Virus record (IMG/VR): IMGVR_UViG_3300028591_000161
Location: 1-64,000 of that record
Strand: one strand, 5' to 3'
Source of the DNA: a virus
Taxonomy: Duplodnaviria; Caudoviricetes
Length of the DNA: 64,000 bases
This document shows positions 57,846-64,000 of this stretch, one piece after another (position 1 is the stretch's first letter; each line of letters begins with the position of its first letter). Below the pieces are notes generated by a model, which searched no databases, was not told where the DNA came from, and saw nothing but the letters and a program-made list of their open reading frames with translations. Both the position numbers and the translations under genes were made by a program.

Positions 57846-57863
57846 AAAGTTACAGAACCGTTT
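57846..57863 (-). promoter_or_regulatory. Late-type promoter motif AAACG-N6-TAACTTT
   Basis: AAACG GTTCTG TAA CTTT lies upstream of the giant virion gene. Confidence 0.6.
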
Positions 57864-57867
57864 TTAA

Positions 57868-57888
57868 TGTGGGGCATATAGCCCCACA
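57868..57888. terminator. GC hairpin insulating divergent promoters
   Basis: TGTGGGGC-ATATA-GCCCCACA. Confidence 0.6.
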
Positions 57889-57901
57889 AAATCACGATTT
57901 T

Positions 57902-57916
57902 CATATATATATTATT
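57902..57916 (+). promoter_or_regulatory. Early-type promoter motif CATATATATATTATT
   Basis: TATATTAT core upstream of the 58073 cassette. Confidence 0.55.
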
Positions 57917-58072
57917 ATTATGAATAGAAGATAAATGCATTCAATTCCCAGGTGATAGCGGAGAATTGAATTAGTCATTATCTAATATTCATAATACACA
58001 ATAAAACATAGACGGCGTAAAAGCTTAACGCCGTCGCATCGCCGCTTCAGCGGCAGAAAGTGAAGGTACATT

Positions 58073-58858
58073 ATGACAACTATCAATGAAAAGCTCGAAA
58101 AGGCAACTTCTCTGGAGGATAAGCTCTGGGCAATCCACCGTGAATTCCATGCAATCCCGGTCAGAGTCAGCTATGGCTCGTGGGAAGGATTCGAGATCCG
58201 GCTGACTACCGAGGGTGAATCGCTCTGCTATGGCCCGATGCGTTGGCAGGTCAACGTTGACGACATCGAGCTCGTCGGAAATCTGATCAAAGCATTCCAG
58301 CATATTGACCACACGATGCTGGATGTGCTCAACAAGGTGTGGGGGTACCAGCACCTCGGGATGCATCTCGGATTCATGGAGAAATGTGATCCCGAAGAGA
58401 TGCTCCACCGCTGGGAACGGTTCAACAACTGGGTCGGAAAGTATTATCCCGACTACCAGAAGGAACCGCTCGATCGGAAATTCGACTGGATGAAGCACAA
58501 GTCCCTCCCGGAGAATTCTATCGCATGGGCGGCACGTGTGATCCTTTACGGGATCAAGCCGTCGGCGGTTGGTCTGAAGCTCTACACGGAGCACAAGACC
58601 GAAGTTACTGAGAGTGGCATCCTCAAGCTGACAGAAGATTCCAATCTTGTCGGCAGATGGCACTTCTCTGATGAGTCTGGCACCGTCAGCACTATCGACA
58701 GCTTTGGCCTCAGTGGTTGCATCGGTGCTGCAATGCAGAAAGCATTCGGTGACGAAAAGGATATCGTCGAATGCGAGAAGGTCCCCGAACAGTGGGAAAT
58801 TGAGGCCAATGTTTTCATCGGCCTCAAGACCAAGAAGAATGGACTTTTCAAGAAGTGA
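58073..58858 (+). CDS. Hypothetical protein, strongly codon-biased, in its own cassette with structured UTRs
   Basis: 261-aa ORF with C/G-ending codon bias like the MCP, an early-type promoter and a terminator. Confidence 0.75.
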   Translation: MTTINEKLEKATSLEDKLWAIHREFHAIPVRVSYGSWEGFEIRLTTEGESLCYGPMRWQVNVDDIELVGNLIKAFQHIDHTMLDVLNKVWGYQHLGMHLGFMEKCDPEEMLHRWERFNNWVGKYYPDYQKEPLDRKFDWMKHKSLPENSIAWAARVILYGIKPSAVGLKLYTEHKTEVTESGILKLTEDSNLVGRWHFSDESGTVSTIDSFGLSGCIGAAMQKAFGDEKDIVECEKVPEQWEIEANVFIGLKTKKNGLFKK

Positions 58859-58985
58859 TCCTTCTCCCCGATGAGCAGGGGCAAGCTCACAGATCGAGCC
58901 GGTCACAGTAGGGCGTTCAGTGCCTATAGATTCCTGTGACCGGCGAAACGGAACTGGGAGGTGAATCCCTGATGATGAAGAAGAT
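58859..58985 (+). ncRNA. Candidate structured 3'-UTR RNA (pseudoknot plus 11-bp stem)
   Basis: CCCC/GGGG and TGAGC/GCTCA form interleaved helices; GCCGGTCACAG/CTGTGACCGGC is an 11-bp stem. No family recognised. Confidence 0.4.
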
Positions 58986-58989
58986 GGTT

Positions 58990-59030
58990 ATGGGCGGGGA
59001 TTCACCCCGCCCATATCATTCTTTTTTTTT
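58990..59030. terminator. Intrinsic terminator between convergent genes
   Basis: ATGGGCGGGG-ATTCA-CCCCGCCCAT followed by a T tract. Confidence 0.8.
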
Positions 59031-62000
59031 ATCCGTTATATATACGATTGATTTGACGTTTGAGATTGATCAAAACTTTGTTGGCTGCAGCCGTCAAAAC
59101 GATTGAAGGAATCATACGTTTCAACACAGCACCAGGTGCGACAAACATTGAAATCTCTTCATCAGGATCAGTCTCACCATATGGCTCCAAACCTTCTGGA
59201 ACAACCTCGGAGATAACCTGTTTGGATGCGGCGTAAACAACGCACTTATCACCAACGGATACATCATCGCCATGCTCGATATAGATTTCAATCAGAACAT
59301 CACAACGGATACCCTTGATAGTCTGACCCTGCAAAGGAGCTGTTGGATAAGAATACAGCGTTCCGAGTTTGTAAACAGAATCTGAATTATCATACTTATC
59401 CAGAATCTTTTTTCGCTCTTTGTTCTCTTTAAAGTGTGCATCCAGCAATGAGAACAATGACGGAGAAAGCTTATCCATACTCTTGTTGGTGTACATCTTA
59501 ATCGATTTCACAACACCGGCATGTTTCGATTTGACTACTCGCTTTGCAGTATCGAGATTCGATCCAGCGGTTCGGAATGAATTCAAGAATGCGTCAACTG
59601 ATTTGTCTCCAGTATCACCCAGACCGAATACAATGAGAGGATCACCGATTTCAACTTCATCGCCAACCTTGACGACACTTTCTATATCATCAAGCGCTTC
59701 GATCTTGGTTGCCTGACACATTGTAACATGTGTTCCAAGACGTCGAGACATCTTATTTGTGATAATACCAGCATCTTCATATGTTGCGTATGTACCACAG
59801 AATGCAACCTTTGCCAACGGTCCGAGATTCATTCTCACCATTCCAGTTGAATCCTTTGAGAAGAATTTTGTATGATACGCGAGGATATCATTCTTCACAA
59901 ACTTGTCACCCTTTTGGAAATTGGAGACCAGCTTGTTATCGGTATAAAATCCCGAACCGGGGTTGAATGAATATCTGGAATCAACAGGAATTGCCTGTTT
60001 CTTCTTAGAGGCATATTGGACGATCATATATCCGTCAGAGATATCAATGACTTGTCCATCTTCTTTTGCCACGACGGCAAACTCATCGGACAAGTATGAT
60101 GGTGCAATCTCATCCATACCGTTCGAAATCAATACTGGTTCTGCATCATCAACCGGAAGAATATGTCCTGTCTGCGATGTTGCGATAGCGGTACGAATTG
60201 CATCATCATGGGTAACAGTACCAGGTGTCAGCAGTTCGGAGAATGATGCGAGTTGCAGATCATTGTACTCTGTTTGAGAGGGATCATCTGCAATTGTATA
60301 ACCACGAACTGATGAGACTTTTGGATCAACAGACAACTGACGTACCATACCAACGTTCGCAGAGTTCGGCGTAGACATACCCATCTTACCGATCATTGAC
60401 TCGTCAAATGAACGTTTTGCTTCGGTATAAGCTTTGTCTTGGTTGACACCGCCGTATCCCTTTTTGGATATGGTTTCATCCTCATGCAATTCGATCATTG
60501 GGTTCAGTGCAGATGATGTTGAAACCGTTTGTGTTGCCATCAGTTCGTTCAGAATCGTCATGCGGTTAAACACAAGCTTCGCATCACGAGTCTTTGAACC
60601 AACCGAGTTATTGTATTTTGCGATTGCAACTGCGAGATGATAATGAATCATTGCAGGAATGATCTCGGATGAACGAATGCGATACAATGAAGCATTATTC
60701 TCAGATGTGAAATTGTTATCAGCCAACAAATTCGCGGCATAGATCAACATATCTGCGATGTTATTCGGGACATGATAATGTTGACACACGTCTGCCGTGA
60801 TCGCGTCCACAAAGAAATGATAATATGTAATGAATGTCGTTCTCTGAGAATATTGCTTGAAGAACATCTGATTGAAGATGTCGACATATACCGAATTATC
60901 ATCCATGATGGATGTTTCAAAATCTGTCGTAGAATACTGCCGTGTATTCAGCCGATAGAAACCGTTGAAGATCAATTGATTTGGTACCGTATTCTTGATC
61001 GCGAGTGTCTTGTCCTTGAATGGGATCTTTAAGAATCCAGGGACATCGTCACGTGGACCAACATACTTGTATTCTGTACCAGATCTCTTCAGCAATGAAG
61101 ACAATCCTTCCCATGCAGCAATCGCAACACCGAGCGGAATTTGCACACCGATTTTAATGTCGGCATACATTGACAACTTGGTCGGTTTGCCCTTGTTGTA
61201 ATCCGCAACGATATCTGACGGCAATGCACCAATGATCACTTCCGTCAGAGATTTTCCATGACGATCCAATCCCGTTTCCGTATTCAATACGATCGGAACT
61301 TGGTTGATCATACCGCAGCAGAATTCATTATCATTGACTTGTACGAATCCAAAGTCGCGCAAACATTGGTCGCGGTTGAAAATGATTTTACAACCAGCTT
61401 CTTTGTTTTCGAACTTAAACCACTTTCGAGCATATTCATCATACTCGATTGTCGAAATGAATCGGCTGTTTGTCACCATCGAACTTCCATATTGTACATA
61501 TGGATTCCGACCATCGTTCAGATTCCGCTTTGCGACAGCTTTCAGCATCATAGTGATATCCACGAGAGATTTCGTATCATAACGAGACACGGTAATCTTA
61601 TTGTAGTTGGATGTCAACATGACCTTCTTTTTGTTGATTTTCAGAATCGGAATCGGGAAATCTTGTTTGCCGATATTGTATGTTGAACCATTATAAAGAA
61701 ACTTGCCGTTCTTCATAACTGGTACCACAATGTCAATATGACTCTGGGTTCCTGAACGCTTATTCTTCAATTGAACACGCCAATTGTGCAACATGGAAAT
61801 CGGTGATGAGATATCAGTAACATCGATCTTTGTGACATTGAAACCTTCCGGAAGTTTCTGAAGTGTCATAAAGGTCGCGATGATATCTTGGTCCATCATT
61901 TGTTCCTCATATGCTTCTGCAATCCTTGGGAATGATGAACCCCGCTGTGCACCAGGATTCAATGTTGTGATATGTGCAGGACGAATTGGTGGTGGCATCG

Positions 62001-63216
62001 GAATATCCGTTACAGAACTCACGGAATCAGCATTCAATTCTTTCAAACTGATTTGTCCGATGTTCTGTCGCAGTTGGAATTCACGTGGAGATGTTGTCGT
62101 ACGGAATACGGATTCCTCATTGGATGATTGACGCATCGTTGCCAATGATTTGGATGCTTGTTGAATCAGCTGGTTCTCAACTGGATTATCTCCACCAACT
62201 TCCAAATCACGCGCAATGTGTTTGTAATTGGCAACCGCAGTTTCATTCGGTGTGATACGATGCATCAATTTCGTGTTGATGTCGAGTGTCTGTGCACGAT
62301 ACATCTTATCATCTTGCTTTACACCTGGAGCGATACCATACCGATCACGGAGTGATTGTAAAGAAGCTGCAAGTGATGATGATTGACGAGCAGGGATCGG
62401 TTCTTCACCTGCTTCGGATGCAGATTTATCCGCATTGATGGAATCGATCATTTCATCAATGGATTCATCCGGTTCGGTAGCTGTCTGATTTGATGAAGAT
62501 TTATACGGCGTTCCGACTGTGGAACACATTGTACGGAGTGATTCAGCGTCACTCTGTGAAGTTGACCGAAGATCCATCTTATAATCATTGGATGCTGAGC
62601 GGAAGATCACGGTGATGTCTTGTGAAAGTGATCCGTTCTTTCCCGACAGATAAGAACCGATTAAACCATTCACAAGGTCAGAAGTAACGGTTTCATCCGA
62701 ATCATAAATACGGAATCGATCTGTATTTACGATAAGAATTTTCTTTTGTGCACCCGTAAATTGTTGCATCAATGTAGACAGCATCTGAGGCGCATTTCGT
62801 TCAATGTATTCCTGAGACAGTGAACGAACAGAACGATTCATTTGAAGCATAACATCCGACATTGAAATGTAGACACCGTCTTTTGACAGTTTATTGATTG
62901 GCGGTTTGGCAACCTGAATCGCCGGAGCCAGTTTCTGTTTCATCAGATAATCAACCTTTTTCCGATACTCGGAATCAGAAATTGAATATCTGAAGTTCAC
63001 AGGACCTATTTTACCATTTACGGAAAACGGAATAATAATTTTCGTTATCATCCGGGGTGGTGGCATCTTCTTGATCAATTCGATATCATATTCGAATGAT
63101 CCAGCCAACAGAAATACTGCAACGTCATTGGCTTCTTTCGGAAGCATGAATGGTGTTGATGTTGGTTGCAGATTCTTTCCAGATGATAGATCGATGGATT
63201 CTTTAAAGAATTGCAT
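59029..63216 (-). CDS. rpoB: RNA polymerase beta subunit, N-terminal/middle part with long N-terminal extension (split, probably virion RNAP)
   Basis: TPNSANVGMVRQL, THDDAIRTAIATSQTGHILP, TYEDAGII, VGDKCVVYAASKQVI and GAVLKRMI match beta conserved regions. The protein ends before the beta C-terminus. Confidence 0.88.
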   Translation of the reverse strand: MQFFKESIDLSSGKNLQPTSTPFMLPKEANDVAVFLLAGSFEYDIELIKKMPPPRMITKIIIPFSVNGKIGPVNFRYSISDSEYRKKVDYLMKQKLAPAIQVAKPPINKLSKDGVYISMSDVMLQMNRSVRSLSQEYIERNAPQMLSTLMQQFTGAQKKILIVNTDRFRIYDSDETVTSDLVNGLIGSYLSGKNGSLSQDITVIFRSASNDYKMDLRSTSQSDAESLRTMCSTVGTPYKSSSNQTATEPDESIDEMIDSINADKSASEAGEEPIPARQSSSLAASLQSLRDRYGIAPGVKQDDKMYRAQTLDINTKLMHRITPNETAVANYKHIARDLEVGGDNPVENQLIQQASKSLATMRQSSNEESVFRTTTSPREFQLRQNIGQISLKELNADSVSSVTDIPMPPPIRPAHITTLNPGAQRGSSFPRIAEAYEEQMMDQDIIATFMTLQKLPEGFNVTKIDVTDISSPISMLHNWRVQLKNKRSGTQSHIDIVVPVMKNGKFLYNGSTYNIGKQDFPIPILKINKKKVMLTSNYNKITVSRYDTKSLVDITMMLKAVAKRNLNDGRNPYVQYGSSMVTNSRFISTIEYDEYARKWFKFENKEAGCKIIFNRDQCLRDFGFVQVNDNEFCCGMINQVPIVLNTETGLDRHGKSLTEVIIGALPSDIVADYNKGKPTKLSMYADIKIGVQIPLGVAIAAWEGLSSLLKRSGTEYKYVGPRDDVPGFLKIPFKDKTLAIKNTVPNQLIFNGFYRLNTRQYSTTDFETSIMDDNSVYVDIFNQMFFKQYSQRTTFITYYHFFVDAITADVCQHYHVPNNIADMLIYAANLLADNNFTSENNASLYRIRSSEIIPAMIHYHLAVAIAKYNNSVGSKTRDAKLVFNRMTILNELMATQTVSTSSALNPMIELHEDETISKKGYGGVNQDKAYTEAKRSFDESMIGKMGMSTPNSANVGMVRQLSVDPKVSSVRGYTIADDPSQTEYNDLQLASFSELLTPGTVTHDDAIRTAIATSQTGHILPVDDAEPVLISNGMDEIAPSYLSDEFAVVAKEDGQVIDISDGYMIVQYASKKKQAIPVDSRYSFNPGSGFYTDNKLVSNFQKGDKFVKNDILAYHTKFFSKDSTGMVRMNLGPLAKVAFCGTYATYEDAGIITNKMSRRLGTHVTMCQATKIEALDDIESVVKVGDEVEIGDPLIVFGLGDTGDKSVDAFLNSFRTAGSNLDTAKRVVKSKHAGVVKSIKMYTNKSMDKLSPSLFSLLDAHFKENKERKKILDKYDNSDSVYKLGTLYSYPTAPLQGQTIKGIRCDVLIEIYIEHGDDVSVGDKCVVYAASKQVISEVVPEGLEPYGETDPDEEISMFVAPGAVLKRMIPSIVLTAAANKVLINLKRQINRIYNG

Positions 63217-63248
63217 GTGATCATCTCCTTAAGAAAAGAGGGATTTAA

Positions 63249-63404
63249 ATGTTATTTGAAGAAAAGCATACATATTATCACACGTGCCCATATTGCGGAG
63301 CGAATCTCGACCCCAATGAGAAATGTGACTGTCAGGATACTGAGGTTACAGAAAAGTCACAGGAAAGTGAAGTGAAAAACAACAATGAATGCCATAACAC
63401 CTGA
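63249..63404 (+). CDS. Small Zn-ribbon peptide (51 aa, not in ORF track)
   Basis: YYHTCPYCGANLDPNEKCDC, a motif I recognise from Clostridia phages; RBS AAGAGGGA. Confidence 0.7.
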   Translation: MLFEEKHTYYHTCPYCGANLDPNEKCDCQDTEVTEKSQESEVKNNNECHNT

Positions 63405-63645
63405 TATCCGATTTGTAACAATGGAAGATATCGCCGACACACCGCAAGAACCGAATTATGTGGTATACAATACCGCATTGAAGCCGGATCGTCGTAGAAT
63501 GCTATTCCAAGCATTCATGGCAAAAAAATATGATCATGTCTTTACAGAAGACGAACTTGATCGGTTGATGAAATTCGATGAGTTTCATCTTGTCGAATTT
63601 GTGAATGCCGTCAAGAATATAATTCGAAATGTAAAGTCACAATAA
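63385..63645 (+). CDS. Small hypothetical protein
   Basis: 86-aa ORF overlapping the Zn-ribbon gene. Confidence 0.6.
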   Translation: MNAITPDIRFVTMEDIADTPQEPNYVVYNTALKPDRRRMLFQAFMAKKYDHVFTEDELDRLMKFDEFHLVEFVNAVKNIIRNVKSQ

Positions 63646-63651
63646 CAGTAA

Positions 63652-63777
63652 TTTCAGAGCAGGGGCGTTCGTGTTCCATGGGTACTGTCAAACCTCCTTT
63701 CGTTTGTTCTGCTGGGATTCGCTTCAGATCGTTCCTCATGCATGTCGGCATGAGTTTGTCAACGACCTGCTCTGAAA
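63652..63777 (+). ncRNA. Candidate structured 3'-UTR RNA with anti-SD motif
   Basis: 12-bp closing stem TTTCAGAGCAGG/CCTGCTCTGAAA encloses CCTCCTTTC. Confidence 0.3.
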
Positions 63778-63786
63778 GAAAAAATG

Positions 63787-63822
63787 AGACGGCGGGGAAA
63801 CCCGCCGTCTTCATTCTTTTTT
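63787..63822. terminator. Intrinsic terminator between convergent genes
   Basis: AGACGGCGGG-GAAA-CCCGCCGTCT followed by a T tract. Confidence 0.8.
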
Positions 63823-64000
63823 ATTCGTCATCGATGAATTCAGCATTCAACATTCCCCCAGACATGTTTGCAAGTCTATGGATTGTTGAAATTGAAATCA
63901 CCATTTTATCACGTTCGTCCGGGCTTGCTTTGTAGAATTTTGAAACCAACTGGGAAACATTATTTACGATTGTCGGTTTCAATGTTGCTGTCAGTTTCTT
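63821..64000 (-). CDS. 3' end of a hypothetical protein running off the right edge
   Basis: Open frame …ETDNRKYVSQLVSKFYKASPDERDKM…AEFIDDE* ends at TAA 63823-63821, just before a terminator. Confidence 0.6.
   Translation of the reverse strand, partial: KKLTATLKPTIVNNVSQLVSKFYKASPDERDKMVISISTIHRLANMSGGMLNAEFIDDE

Noticed and set aside
58855-58985. Hammerhead, twister or HDV/theta ribozyme
   Set aside because: Core fragments are present, but stem III/NUH (hammerhead), the UAA and L4 pseudoknots (twister), and P1.1/P2 (HDV) could not be assembled by hand. Kept only as an unassigned structured RNA.
63267-63279. CATACATATTATC as an early promoter
   Set aside because: It lies inside the small Zn-ribbon CDS (codons HTYYH).
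11854-63822. GTGGGGC-loop-GCCCCAC hairpins as a mobile REP/MITE family
   Set aside because: Their positions after stops or between convergent genes, with T tracts, are explained by intrinsic termination. No transposase or target duplications are seen.
1-64000. Stop-codon reassignment as seen in some gut jumbo phages
   Set aside because: Long genes read intact in code 11, and TAG (2149-2151), TGA and TAA all end genes at sensible operon boundaries.

Overview
This window is a 64-kb, code-11 segment of a jumbo myovirus genome of the phiKZ/AR9-like lineage. The host is probably a Clostridia-class Bacillota, inferred from strong AGGAGG RBSs, the amidase and holin types, a DUF4376/CmpB-like tail pair and a CPxCGANLDP peptide. 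Head genes include the major capsid protein (truncated at the left edge and missed by the ORF track), a T4 gp21-type prohead protease, a gp25-like baseplate wedge and several probable internal-head/ejection proteins. Three scattered pieces of a split multisubunit RNA polymerase are present (beta N-mid, beta C-terminal, beta' C-terminal). Replication genes are the N-terminal half of a split family-B DNA polymerase, a GyrA/ParC-like subunit, an SF2 helicase and a DHH phosphoesterase. The window also holds an intein-interrupted amidase endolysin, a holin, a tail-fibre cluster and a ~2325-aa virion protein. The most interesting unannotated signals are: (i) an intein inserted at the Zn-ligand Cys of the endolysin; (ii) a recurrent hydrophobic-x-Q-E|(S/A/G) motif and a shared ~115-aa N-terminal module marking probable head cargo, which includes a zincin and a permuted papain-like enzyme; (iii) a ~250-bp cluster of six inverted repeats with a cGAAg DNA-hairpin motif at a strand switch; (iv) two phage promoter motifs, AAAC(G/C)-N6-TAA and CATAT(G/A)TATA(A/T)T, arranged back-to-back around GC hairpins; and (v) several structured intergenic RNA candidates. 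All family assignments come from recognising motifs by eye; no database searches were run.
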